Part shown: positions 7,326-16,626 of the stretch, piece by piece
Layout of the letters: every line of letters begins with the position of its first letter
Position numbering within the stretch: the stretch's first letter is position 1
Assembly: GCA_030527065.1 (NCBI GenBank)
Contig: JAUNBO010000001.1
Span: 1-26,237 of the forward strand
Source of the DNA: Bacillota bacterium
GTDB taxonomy: Bacteria > Bacillota > Clostridia > Peptostreptococcales > Anaerovoracaceae
Direction: 5' to 3'
DNA: 26,237 nucleotides
The notes under the pieces: generated by a model
What the model saw: the letters and a program-made list of their open reading frames with translations, nothing else
What the model was told of the DNA's origin: nothing
Database searches by the model: none
Position numbers and translations under genes: made by a program

Positions 7326-9329
7326 ATGAATCCGGCAGGAAACAGGACAAAAAGAAGATTGATGTTTTTCTTTTTCGCAGCGGGGATCCTTTGTGTGGCC
7401 CTGTCCCTCAAGCTGGGGTGGGTGCAGATCGTCATGGGAGAGGAATATTCCAAAGCGGCGGTGGAGCAGCAGACCCGGGATGTGCCGGTGAGCGCCCAGC
7501 GGGGCGTCATTTATGATACCAACGGCGTGGAGCTGGCCATCAGCGCCACCACCCACACCATATGGGCCCGGCCCTCTGAAATAAAAAGCGCCAAAAAAGA
7601 CGAGGAAAACCAGGCCCGGCTCATTATGACGGCCCAGGAGCTGTCGGAAATCCTGTCTCTGGACTATGACGAGACCCTTGCCACCATCAGCCAGGAAAAA
7701 AGCCTGGTGAAGGTGGCCCGGTATGTGGATAAGGAAACGGCCCAGGCCCTGCGGGAGGCGGAGCTGGAAGGGATTTCCATAGTGGAGGACGTGAAGCGCT
7801 ATTATCCCCTGGGGGCCTTTGCATCCCACGTTCTGGGGACCACCACCGACGACAACCAGGGCCTCACGGGCCTGGAGCTGAAATACGATCAATACCTGTC
7901 CGGCGTGTCCGGCCGGTGGATCAAGAGCGCCGACATAGACGGCGATAAGCTGGCCTATGGCGTGGAAAAATACTATCAGGCGGAGGACGGCCTCAGCATC
8001 GTGCTGACGCTGGATTCCGTCATTCAGCACTATGTGGAAAAGGCCATCGCCCAGGTGGCGGAGGACACCTCCGCCAAGCGGGTCCTCTGCATCGTCATGG
8101 ACCCCAAGACCGGGGACATCCTGGCCATGGCCATGACGCCGGAATACGACCCCAACAGTCCGAGAATCCCTCTGGGCGAGGAGGAGCAGAGCTACTTTGA
8201 GACCCTGGACTCCGCTGCGCAGCAGGACTACTGGAACGAGATGTGGCGGAACGCCATGATCAGCGATACCTATGAGCCCGGCAGCACCTTCAAGCTCCTC
8301 ACCACGGCCATCGCCCTGGAAGAGGGGATCACCACCCCCACGGAGACCTTCACCTGCCAGGGGGCCTACCAGGTGGCCGGCGTCACCCTCCGCTGCTGGA
8401 GATATCCCAACGTCCACGGCACGGAAACCCTCACCCAGGCGGTGCAGAACTCCTGTAACCCCGTATTCAACACCCTGGCCCAGAGGATGGGCAAGGAGAC
8501 CATGTATGAATATCTGGAAGCCTTCGGGCTCCAGGAGAAGACCGGGGTGGATTACCCTGGCGAGGGCGGGAACAACCTGCAGAACATAGATTCTGTGGGC
8601 CCGGTGGAGCTGGCCACCATTTCCTATGGCCAGGGCATTGCGGTGACCCCCATCAGCCTGTTGCGGGCCATCTGCGCCCTGGGGAACGACGGCATGCTGA
8701 TGCAGCCCCGGCTGGTGAAGGAGCTGCGGGATTCCGACGGCAACGTGGTGGAGAGCTACGAGCCCGTGGAGGTGCGGCAGGTGGTGTCCAAAGAAACGGC
8801 GGACGAAATGTGCCTGATCATGGAATCCGTGGTCTCCGAGGGCGGCGGCGGCACGGCCAGGGTGATGGGCTACCGGGTAGGGGGCAAGACAGGGACCGCC
8901 AACAAGGTGGAGGACGGCGCTTACGGCGACGGCGTGTATGCGTCTTTCCTGGGGATGGCCCCCATGGACGATCCCCAGGTGGCGGTGCTGGTGGTGGTAG
9001 ACGAGCCCCAGGGAGTGAAGTACGGCAGCCAGACGGCGGCTCCCGGCGCTAAGTTGATATTGGAGGATACCTTGCGCTATCTGAACATAGAGCCTTCCTA
9101 TACCGAAGAGGAGCTGGAGGCTCTGAACAGCGACAAGGTGGCGGTGCCTTCGGTGGCGGGGGAGAATTTCAGCGAGGCCATAGGCATCCTGGGCGGCGTG
9201 TCCCTGCAATACGTGGTGTCGCCGGCTCTGGATCTGGATTCGGTGGAGGACTTCACCGTGGTGGATCAGTATCCCCCGGCGGGAGAAACGGTATCAAAGA
9301 ATTCCACCGTATATTTGTATAGGGAATAA
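7326..9329 (+). CDS. spoVD: Class B penicillin-binding protein SpoVD/FtsI (transpeptidase) with C-terminal PASTA-like domain
   Basis: N-terminal TM segment, RGVIYDTNG and RYYPLG dimerisation-domain motifs, SxxK (EPGSTFK), SxN (NSCN), KTG (GGKTGTA). SpoVD versus FtsI role cannot be decided from sequence alone. Confidence 0.88.
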   Translation: MNPAGNRTKRRLMFFFFAAGILCVALSLKLGWVQIVMGEEYSKAAVEQQTRDVPVSAQRGVIYDTNGVELAISATTHTIWARPSEIKSAKKDEENQARLIMTAQELSEILSLDYDETLATISQEKSLVKVARYVDKETAQALREAELEGISIVEDVKRYYPLGAFASHVLGTTTDDNQGLTGLELKYDQYLSGVSGRWIKSADIDGDKLAYGVEKYYQAEDGLSIVLTLDSVIQHYVEKAIAQVAEDTSAKRVLCIVMDPKTGDILAMAMTPEYDPNSPRIPLGEEEQSYFETLDSAAQQDYWNEMWRNAMISDTYEPGSTFKLLTTAIALEEGITTPTETFTCQGAYQVAGVTLRCWRYPNVHGTETLTQAVQNSCNPVFNTLAQRMGKETMYEYLEAFGLQEKTGVDYPGEGGNNLQNIDSVGPVELATISYGQGIAVTPISLLRAICALGNDGMLMQPRLVKELRDSDGNVVESYEPVEVRQVVSKETADEMCLIMESVVSEGGGGTARVMGYRVGGKTGTANKVEDGAYGDGVYASFLGMAPMDDPQVAVLVVVDEPQGVKYGSQTAAPGAKLILEDTLRYLNIEPSYTEEELEALNSDKVAVPSVAGENFSEAIGILGGVSLQYVVSPALDLDSVEDFTVVDQYPPAGETVSKNSTVYLYRE

Positions 9330-9346
9330 GCTGTTGTTCCCTTTTT
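9321..9346 (+). terminator. Terminator-like hairpin overlapping the PBP stop codon
   Basis: AGGGAATAA-GCTG-TTGTTCCCT (9 bp, one G-U) followed by TTTT. Confidence 0.5.
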
Positions 9347-9387
9347 CCGGGAGCAGGAGCGCTCCGGGAGAAAGGGAGGACAAAGCC

Positions 9388-10644
9388 ATGAACGAAAGGG
9401 AAGCGGAAAGGCGCAGGCGCACATCGGAGGCCGCCGCCCGTTTCTGGGGGTATCCGTCCAGAGACATGACGGTGTTCGGCGTCACCGGCACCAACGGAAA
9501 GACCACGGTAAGCTATTTCCTGAAAAGCATCCTGGAGGAAGCCCGGGGTCCCTGCGGCCTGCTGGGGACCATAGAATACCGCTTCGGGGACCAGGCAGAG
9601 AGGGCCCGGCTCACCACGCCGGATTCCATAGAATTGCAGCGATGGCTGGCCCGGATGAAGGACAGGGGCATGAGGCAGTGCGTCATGGAGGTTTCCTCCC
9701 ATGCCCTGGCCCTGGAAAGGGTGGCCCACGTGGATATCAGCTACGGGATATTCACGAATCTGAGCAGGGACCATCTGGATTTTCACCAGGATACAGAGGA
9801 ATATTACCAGACGAAGAAGCGGCTGTTCCATATGGTGAAGAAGGCCTCCGTCATAAATATTGACGATGATGGCGGCAGACGCTTGCACAAAGAGCTGAGA
9901 GAGAGTAAAATAGTAGCGTTGTCCTGCTCCCTGGAGGATGAAGAAGCGGATTATTTCGGAGAGGGAGCGGAGAGCGGGTCCCGGGGATCCCGCTTTTTGC
10001 TGAGAAGGCAGGGGGAGGCTCTGGGGGAAATGACGACGGCTCTGCCGGGAAGCTACAACGCTTCCAACGCCTTGATGGCGGCGGCCTGCGCCCTGGAGGC
10101 GGGGGTCTCCTTCCGGGAGGCGGCGGCAGGGGCCGCAGGCCTGAGAGGGGTGCCGGGCCGGCTGGAGCCGGTGGAAAACTCCCTGGGGGCGAAGGTCTAT
10201 GTGGACTTTGCCCACACTCCCGACGCCCTGGAAAAGGTCCTGACGGCTCTGCGGGAGCTGAACGAAGGGCGCCTGCTCTGCGTCTTTGGCTGCGGAGGGG
10301 ACCGGGACCGGTCCAAACGGCGGGAAATGGGCCGTGTGGCAGGCCGCCTCTGCGATTTCTGCGTGGTCACCGACGACAATCCCAGGACCGAAGCGCCGGA
10401 GCAGATCGCCGGAGAGGCGGCGGCGGGCCTTGCGGAAACGGGCACGGCCTATGAGGTGGTCCACGACAGAAGGGAAGCCATCCGCAGGGCGATGAAGGAA
10501 TGCCGGCGGGGAGACGTCCTGCTTATAGCGGGAAAGGGCCACGAGGAATATCAGATCATCGGAAAGGAAAAACGCCCTTTCAGCGACAGAGGGACGGTCC
10601 TGGAGCTGCTGAAGGAAAGCGGGAAGGAAGCATGGAAAAGCTGA
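9388..10644 (+). CDS. murE: UDP-MurNAc-L-Ala-D-Glu--meso-diaminopimelate ligase MurE, lacking the N-terminal domain (418 aa)
   Basis: GVTGTNGKTT, TTPD, MEVSSH, FTNLSRDHLDFH, VDFAHTPDAL, FGCGGDRD, DNPR (meso-DAP type) and AGKGHE are present. SD GGAGG 8 nt before ATG 9388. The FWGYP motif is at residues 19-23 rather than near residue 95. Confidence 0.9.
   Translation: MNEREAERRRRTSEAAARFWGYPSRDMTVFGVTGTNGKTTVSYFLKSILEEARGPCGLLGTIEYRFGDQAERARLTTPDSIELQRWLARMKDRGMRQCVMEVSSHALALERVAHVDISYGIFTNLSRDHLDFHQDTEEYYQTKKRLFHMVKKASVINIDDDGGRRLHKELRESKIVALSCSLEDEEADYFGEGAESGSRGSRFLLRRQGEALGEMTTALPGSYNASNALMAAACALEAGVSFREAAAGAAGLRGVPGRLEPVENSLGAKVYVDFAHTPDALEKVLTALRELNEGRLLCVFGCGGDRDRSKRREMGRVAGRLCDFCVVTDDNPRTEAPEQIAGEAAAGLAETGTAYEVVHDRREAIRRAMKECRRGDVLLIAGKGHEEYQIIGKEKRPFSDRGTVLELLKESGKEAWKS
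9883..9911 (+). promoter_or_regulatory. Candidate internal sigmaA promoter within murE
   Basis: TTGCAC, 17 nt, TAAAAT in a locally AT-rich patch. Confidence 0.4.
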
Positions 10645-12029
10645 CGATAAGAGAGATAGAAAAAGCCGTGGGCGGCGCCCTTCTGTTCGGAGACCCGGAG
10701 GGAGCGGTGGACAGCGTGGCTTCGGATTCCAGAGAGGTTTTGCCGGGCGGGCTTTTTGCGGCCATCCCCGGAGAGCGGGTGGACGGCCACGATTTCATTG
10801 CCGCCGCCGCTGCCGCAGGCTGCGCCGCCGCCTTAGTGTCCAGAGAGGAATGGAAGGATAAGGAGAGGGCCCGGCAGGCGGGCCTGGCCGCCATTCTGAC
10901 CGAAGATACCGTGGCGGCCCTTCAGAGGCTGGCGGCCTGGTATCTGGATCGCTTTTCTCTGGTGAAGGTGGGGGTTACCGGGAGCACCGGAAAGACCACC
11001 ACCAAGGAAATGCTCTACCATATCCTCTCCCGCCGCTACCGCACCGTCAGGAATCCGGGAAACCTCAACAGCCCCGTGGGCCTCTCCCGTTCCATTTTCC
11101 AGATAGAGCGGGATACGGAGGCGGCGGTGTTCGAAATGGGCATGGACCACCTGGGGGAGATCCGTTCCCTGGCGGCCATGGTCCGGCCTCACGCGGCGGT
11201 CATCACCAACGTGGGCCTGTCCCACATCGGCCAGCTGGGAAGCCGGGAAAACCTGCTGAAAGCAAAGCTGGAAATCACGGAGCTCCTGGGAGCAGAGGAT
11301 GTTCTGGCGGTGAACTGGGACAACGACCTTCTCTCCGCCGTTTCCTATCCGGGCCCTTATCATCTGGTGAAAGTGGGACAGGAAGGGCCGGATCTGCGGA
11401 TCGAAGACATAGAGGACCACGGCGAGGACGGCCTGTCCTTCACCCTGCGGACAGAGAAGGAACAGGCTTCCTTCCGTCTGGGGATCCCGGGGCGGCACAA
11501 TGCCTGGAACTGCGCCCTGGCGGCGGCGGCGGGCCTGGCCTGCGGCGTTTCTCTGGAGGAAGCCGCTTTGGGGCTGCAGGAGCTGGAGTCCACGGACAAG
11601 AGGCTGCATATCATAAAGGCCGGCGGAATAAAGATAATTGACGACAGCTACAACGCCAGCCCGGATTCCGTGAAGGCGGCGCTGAACGTGCTTCTGACGG
11701 TAAAGGCCCGGCGGAAGGTGGCGGTGCTGGCGGACATGTTTGAGCTGGGCCCGGAAACGGACCGGCTCCACTATCAGACAGGAAGGTACGCCGGGGGCTG
11801 TGCGGACCTTGTCCTTGCCGTGGGGACCCAGGGGCGTTTCATTGCCGGGGGGGCCAAGGACGCCTGCGGCGCCCTGGTCCGGCATTTTGAGACCCGGCAG
11901 GAGCTGGAAGAGGAAATAAAGGGATTGGTGAAAGAAGGGGACGCTGTGCTGGTGAAGGGGTCCCGGGGGATGGCCATGGACCGCATCGTAAAAATTCTGG
12001 AAGGAAGCATGGAAGGCCATGGATTATAA
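10632..12029 (+). CDS. murF: UDP-MurNAc-tripeptide--D-Ala-D-Ala ligase MurF
   Basis: DSREV and ERVDGHDF N-domain motifs, GVTGSTGKTTTKE, AVFEMGM, IIDDSYNASP, VLVKGSRG. ATG 10632 overlaps the murE end by 13 nt. Confidence 0.95.
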   Translation: MEKLTIREIEKAVGGALLFGDPEGAVDSVASDSREVLPGGLFAAIPGERVDGHDFIAAAAAAGCAAALVSREEWKDKERARQAGLAAILTEDTVAALQRLAAWYLDRFSLVKVGVTGSTGKTTTKEMLYHILSRRYRTVRNPGNLNSPVGLSRSIFQIERDTEAAVFEMGMDHLGEIRSLAAMVRPHAAVITNVGLSHIGQLGSRENLLKAKLEITELLGAEDVLAVNWDNDLLSAVSYPGPYHLVKVGQEGPDLRIEDIEDHGEDGLSFTLRTEKEQASFRLGIPGRHNAWNCALAAAAGLACGVSLEEAALGLQELESTDKRLHIIKAGGIKIIDDSYNASPDSVKAALNVLLTVKARRKVAVLADMFELGPETDRLHYQTGRYAGGCADLVLAVGTQGRFIAGGAKDACGALVRHFETRQELEEEIKGLVKEGDAVLVKGSRGMAMDRIVKILEGSMEGHGL

Positions 12030-12981
12030 GCTGCTCGCATTGCCAATAGTGATCGCCTTCGTCCTGACGGCGGTGGCCACGCCTCTCTTCATCCCTCTTC
12101 TGAAGCGTCTGAAGGCGGGACAGAGCATACGGGAGGAAGGGCCCCAGTCGCATCAGGCCAAGGCGGGGACCCCCACCATGGGGGGGATCGTCCTGTTGCT
12201 GACGGTGGTGGTCACCTGCCTGACGGCGGGCCGCCTCAACGGCGATATGTTCATTCTCCTGGCGGCCTTCGCCGCTTTCGGGGCCCTGGGCTTTGCCGAC
12301 GATTTCATAAAGGTGGTGCAGAAGCGGAATCTGGGGCTTACGGCCAAACAGAAATTCCTGCTGCAGATCCTCGTCGCCGTGGTGCTGGCGGTCTATCAGC
12401 AGCAGGTGTCCGTGTACGGAAGCAGGGTGTTCGTCCCCCTTGTGGACATTTACTGGGACCTGGGCTGGTTTTACGTGCCCTTCGTGGTCTTTGTGGTGGT
12501 GGCCATGGTGAACGCCGTGAACCTCACCGACGGCCTGGACGGGCTGGCGGCGGGGGTAACGGTGCCTGTGGCTCTGTTCCTGGCCCTGGCGGGAGCCGCC
12601 TTCGGCTTCGCTTCCACCCGGGTCTTCTGCGGGGCCCTGGCAGGGGCCTGCCTGGGCTTCCTGCTGTATAACCGTCACCCGGCCAGGCTCTTTATGGGAG
12701 ACACGGGCTCCCTGGCCCTGGGGGGCGGGCTGGCGGCGGCGGCCATACTCATGAACGTGGAATTGCTTTTGCCCCTGGCAGGAGGGGTCTATGTGCTGGA
12801 GGCCCTGTCCGTGGTCCTGCAGGTGGCCTACTTTAAGAAGACCGGGGGGAAGCGGCTGTTCCGCATGGCCCCCCTGCACCATCATTTTGAGCTGAAGGGC
12901 TGGAAGGAGACAAGAGTGGTCCGGACGGCGGTGGCACTGGCACTGGTCCTGTCGGTCTGCTCCTGGCTGCTCACAGGATAG
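12019..12981 (+). CDS. mraY: Phospho-N-acetylmuramoyl-pentapeptide transferase MraY
   Basis: KAGTPTMGG, FADDFIK, NLTDGLDGLA, FMGDTGS, MAPLHHHFE. Polytopic membrane protein. Confidence 0.97.
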   Translation: MDYKLLALPIVIAFVLTAVATPLFIPLLKRLKAGQSIREEGPQSHQAKAGTPTMGGIVLLLTVVVTCLTAGRLNGDMFILLAAFAAFGALGFADDFIKVVQKRNLGLTAKQKFLLQILVAVVLAVYQQQVSVYGSRVFVPLVDIYWDLGWFYVPFVVFVVVAMVNAVNLTDGLDGLAAGVTVPVALFLALAGAAFGFASTRVFCGALAGACLGFLLYNRHPARLFMGDTGSLALGGGLAAAAILMNVELLLPLAGGVYVLEALSVVLQVAYFKKTGGKRLFRMAPLHHHFELKGWKETRVVRTAVALALVLSVCSWLLTG

Positions 12982-12994
12982 GAAGGACAAAGAA

Positions 12995-14356
12995 ATGCTG
13001 AGGACCGATGAACGATATTTGGTAGTGGGGCTGGGAAAGTCCGGCGGGGCGGCGGCGGAAGCGCTGCTGGACCGGGGCTGCCCCGTGACGGTTTACGATA
13101 AAAAGCCGGAGGCGGAGCTGGAGCCGGCCCTGATAAAAGCCTTGAAGGAAAAGGGGGCGGCCTGCCTTTTCGGCCGGGAACCAGAGGTTCCCGGTGGCTT
13201 TGACGTGGTGGTGCTGAGCCCGGGAGTGTCCCGGGAGCTGCCTCTGGTGGCGGCGGAGGAACAGGCGGGGGCCAGGGTCACAGGCGAGCTGGAGCTGGCC
13301 TGGCTCATGGGCCGGGGCTGCTATGTGGCCATCACGGGGACCAACGGCAAGACCACCACCACGGTCCTTACGGGGGAAATCTTCAAAAATGCGGGAAGAA
13401 AGACGGAGGTGGTGGGCAACGTGGGAGTGGCCGTATCCTCCCGGGCCGGAGAGGCCGATGAGGACACCTGGATGATCACGGAGGCCAGCAGCTTCCAGCT
13501 GGACGCCACGGAGAGATTCCACCCGGTCATCTCCGCCATCCTGAACGTCACCCCGGACCATCTGGACCGTCACGGCACTCTGGAGAACTATGCCCTGGCC
13601 AAGGCGAAGATCTTTCAGCGCCAGACGGGAGAGGACCATTTCATCGTCAATTACGACGACAAAGAAGCCTGGAAGCTCCGGGTCTTCTGCAAGGCCCATG
13701 TGGTCCCCTTCAGCAGGCGGGAGCAGCTTTCCCAGGGCTGCTTCGTGAAGGACGGCAGGATCGTCATACGGGAAGACTGCGGGAAGGAGACGGAGATATG
13801 CCCTGCCGCAGAGCTGTTCATTCCCGGGGCCCACAATCTGGAGAACGCCCTGGCGGCCTCGGCCATGGCCTACTATGCGGGCATTGCGCCGGAGGTGATA
13901 GGGGAGACCCTCCGCAGCTTCCGGGGGGTGGAGCACCGGATGGAGCTTTGCGGCCAGGTGGACGGCGTCCGCTTCGTCAACGATTCCAAGGGCACCAACC
14001 CCGACGCTTCCATCAAAGCCGTGGAGGCGGTGGAAGGCAATATCATCCTCATCGCCGGGGGCTACGACAAAGGCGCTTCTTATGAGGAATTCATTGGGGC
14101 CTTCGGAGGCAAGGTGAAGGCTCTGGTGCTGCTGGGGAAGACGGCGCCGAAGATACGGGCGGCGGCGGAGGCGGCGGGCCTGAAGAACATCATCATGGCT
14201 GCGGACATGGAGGAGTGTGTCCTCCGCAGCTTCCGGGAAGCGTCGGCAGGGGATACGGTACTTCTTTCGCCCGCCTGCGCCAGCTGGGACATGTACAGCT
14301 GCTTTGAAGAGCGGGGAGAGCATTTCAAGGCTTGTGTGGAAAGCCTGAAACGATAG
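12995..14356 (+). CDS. murD: UDP-MurNAc-L-Ala--D-glutamate ligase MurD
   Basis: VVGLGKSG, VVLSPG, ITGTNGKTTT, EASSFQL, PDHLDRH, NDSKGTN, LSPACASWD. Confidence 0.97.
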   Translation: MLRTDERYLVVGLGKSGGAAAEALLDRGCPVTVYDKKPEAELEPALIKALKEKGAACLFGREPEVPGGFDVVVLSPGVSRELPLVAAEEQAGARVTGELELAWLMGRGCYVAITGTNGKTTTTVLTGEIFKNAGRKTEVVGNVGVAVSSRAGEADEDTWMITEASSFQLDATERFHPVISAILNVTPDHLDRHGTLENYALAKAKIFQRQTGEDHFIVNYDDKEAWKLRVFCKAHVVPFSRREQLSQGCFVKDGRIVIREDCGKETEICPAAELFIPGAHNLENALAASAMAYYAGIAPEVIGETLRSFRGVEHRMELCGQVDGVRFVNDSKGTNPDASIKAVEAVEGNIILIAGGYDKGASYEEFIGAFGGKVKALVLLGKTAPKIRAAAEAAGLKNIIMAADMEECVLRSFREASAGDTVLLSPACASWDMYSCFEERGEHFKACVESLKR

Positions 14357-14365
14357 GGGAAGGGA

Positions 14366-15484
14366 ATGGCGAAGCAGAAGCGTTACCGCATGAAACCGGG
14401 AGATTTTGTACTGACCATCCTGGTGATGGCCCTGGTGGTGTTCGGCGTCATCATGGTGTTCAGCGCCAGCTATTATGCTGCCATCAGCGAGTATGGAGAC
14501 GCCTACTATTATCTGAAAAGGGACGTGATGTGGGCTCTGCTGGGGGCGGTGGCCATGGTGGTCACCTCGGTGGTGAACTACCGGATCTATGCCAAGGTGG
14601 CGCCGGTGCTGCTGGTGGTGAGCGTGGTCCTGCTGGCCCTTCTCTTCACTCCTCTGGGAGACGAGCGGGGCGGGGCGGTCCGCTGGCTGGACCTGGGGAT
14701 CCCCGTCACCATCATGCCGGGAGAGATCGCCAAGATCTGCGCCATCATCTTTACCGCCTGGTACCTGAGCAGGGACCCGAAGATCATCCGCTCCTTCACC
14801 CGGGGAGTGCTGCCCATGCTGTGCCTCTGCGCCGTCTACGGCGGCCTCATCATAGCCCAGCCGAACCTCTCCACCGCCATCACCGTATGCACCATCATCG
14901 TGGGGATCATGTTCGTGGCGGGGCTGAACCTGCTCTATCTGGCGGGGCTGGGGCTGGCGGGAGCCGCCGCCGTTACGGCCCTCATCCTGTCGGACCCGGA
15001 AGGCTACTGGGCCCGGCGCCTCACCAGTTTCCGGGACCCCTTCCTGGACGCCCAGGGAGACGGCTGGCAGGTGATACAGTCCTTTTACGCCCTGGGCTCC
15101 GGCGGGCTCTTCGGCGTGGGGCTGGGAAAGAGCATCCAGAAGACCCTTTACCTGCCTGAGCCCCAGAACGATTTCATCCTGGCCATCATCGGCGAGGAAC
15201 TGGGCTATGTGGGCTGCATCCTTCTGCTGATCTGTTATCTGGTGCTGATATGGAGAGGCTGCCACATCGCCATGAACGCGCCGGACGCTTTTGGCACCTT
15301 GCTGGCCTCGGGCATCACCATCATGCTGGCGGTGCAGGTGCTGCTGAACGTGGCGGTGGTCACCTCGTCCATGCCCCCCACGGGGATCACCCTGCCCTTT
15401 GTGAGCTTCGGCGGCAACGCGCTGCTGCTGTTCATGGGCTCCATGGGGATCCTTTTGAACATATCTCGACATTCGGCCCGATAG
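14366..15484 (+). CDS. ftsW: SEDS peptidoglycan glycosyltransferase FtsW/SpoVE
   Basis: GVIMVFSAS, GAVRWL, PGEIAK, QPNLSTA, GGLFGVGLGKSIQK, LPEPQNDFI, PTGITLPFVSFGG. FtsW versus SpoVE role is not decidable from sequence. Confidence 0.9.
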   Translation: MAKQKRYRMKPGDFVLTILVMALVVFGVIMVFSASYYAAISEYGDAYYYLKRDVMWALLGAVAMVVTSVVNYRIYAKVAPVLLVVSVVLLALLFTPLGDERGGAVRWLDLGIPVTIMPGEIAKICAIIFTAWYLSRDPKIIRSFTRGVLPMLCLCAVYGGLIIAQPNLSTAITVCTIIVGIMFVAGLNLLYLAGLGLAGAAAVTALILSDPEGYWARRLTSFRDPFLDAQGDGWQVIQSFYALGSGGLFGVGLGKSIQKTLYLPEPQNDFILAIIGEELGYVGCILLLICYLVLIWRGCHIAMNAPDAFGTLLASGITIMLAVQVLLNVAVVTSSMPPTGITLPFVSFGGNALLLFMGSMGILLNISRHSAR

Positions 15485-15496
15485 GAGGGTTTTAAC

Positions 15497-16591
15497 ATGA
15501 AAGTCATCATGAGCGGCGGCGGCACGGGAGGGCATATTTATCCGGCCATCGCCATTGCGGACAAAATCAAAAGGAAGCATCCGGAGGCGGAGATCCTGTT
15601 CGTGGGGACGGAAAAGGGCCTGGAACGGGAGCTGGTGCCCCAGAACGGCTACCCCATCCGCTTCATCACCGTCAGCGGCGTGGACCGGAAGCATCTTCTG
15701 CGGAATTTCAAGACGGCCAGGGACCTGCTGGCGGGCTCCGCCCAGGCCAGGGATATCATAGAGGAATTCCGGCCGGAACTGGTGGTGGGGACCGGAGGCT
15801 ACGTCTGCGGGCCCGTGATCCGGGCGGCCCACAAGGCCGGGATCCCCACTTACATCCATGAGCAGAACGCCGTGCCGGGGATGACCAACAAGCTGCTGGA
15901 GCGCTATGTGGAAAAGGTGTTCATCAGCTTTCCCGAGGCGGCGGAGCATTTCCGGCGCAGGGAAAAGCTGGTGGTGACGGGGAACCCCATCCGCAAGAGC
16001 TTCCTGACGGGGCAGCTCTGCGATCACAGGGCCGGGCTGGGGATAGGAGAGAGGGAATTCTTTGTCCTGTGCTTCGGCGGCAGCCGGGGAGCGGGGCAGA
16101 TCAACGCCGTGATGACGGCGGCGGCGGGGGAGCTGCTTTCCCAGCCGGGGCTGAGGCTGTGCTTCATCACCGGAAAAGCCTATTATGAAGAGATAAAGCG
16201 GCGGCTGGAGGCTCAGGGGACAGGAGAAGCCCGGGGGTTGCTGCTGCTGCCCTATGCGGGGAACATCCACGAATACCTTTCGGCGGCGGATCTGGTCATC
16301 AGCCGTTCCGGGGCCCTGACGGTGGCGGAGATCACAGCCTGCGGGAAAGCCTCCATCCTGATCCCTTCCCCCAACGTGACGGGGAACCATCAGTACTTTA
16401 ACGCAAAGGTGGCGGCGGACCGGGGCGGGGCTCTCATAATAGAGGAAAAGGAGCTGAGCCCGGAGAAGCTGACGGCGGCGGTCCTGCGGCTGAAGAAGGA
16501 CCGGGAGGCCTTGAACGCCATGGGGCGGGCCAGCCGGGAGCTGGGGCGCCTGGACGCCGCAGACGTGATCTATGACCATCTGGGGCTGTGA
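15497..16591 (+). CDS. murG: Undecaprenyl-PP-MurNAc-pentapeptide GlcNAc transferase MurG
   Basis: GGGTGGHIYP, GTGGYVCGP, HEQNAVPG, GNPIR, GGSRGA, SRSGALTVAE. Confidence 0.97.
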   Translation: MKVIMSGGGTGGHIYPAIAIADKIKRKHPEAEILFVGTEKGLERELVPQNGYPIRFITVSGVDRKHLLRNFKTARDLLAGSAQARDIIEEFRPELVVGTGGYVCGPVIRAAHKAGIPTYIHEQNAVPGMTNKLLERYVEKVFISFPEAAEHFRRREKLVVTGNPIRKSFLTGQLCDHRAGLGIGEREFFVLCFGGSRGAGQINAVMTAAAGELLSQPGLRLCFITGKAYYEEIKRRLEAQGTGEARGLLLLPYAGNIHEYLSAADLVISRSGALTVAEITACGKASILIPSPNVTGNHQYFNAKVAADRGGALIIEEKELSPEKLTAAVLRLKKDREALNAMGRASRELGRLDAADVIYDHLGL

Positions 16592-16626
16592 GTCCCGGCG
16601 GCGGGCCGGGTATTTGGGGCGTACAG

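Noticed and set aside
9054-9083. TTGATA...TATCTG promoter in the PBP 3' end
   Set aside because: The -10 lacks the invariant final T and would lie upstream of the terminator-like hairpin.
10500-10644. Programmed -1 frameshift fusing MurE and MurF (in-phase G_GGA_AAG at 10530-10536, with the -1 frame open into murF)
   Set aside because: The heptamer encodes the conserved AGKG motif, and shifting there would delete the GHE residues that bind DAP. murF has its own ATG with a purine-rich upstream region, and overlapping starts are normal here.
9388-10644. Identification of the short Mur ligase as MurT, or as a pseudogene
   Set aside because: No Cys4 zinc finger or MurT-type C-terminal domain, and no gatD neighbour. 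All MurE-specific motifs are present, with no internal stops or frameshifts.
5968-12990. Other long antisense ORFs (460, 659, 429, 395 and 383 aa)
   Set aside because: Shadows of clearly identified dcw genes, with no recognisable domains.
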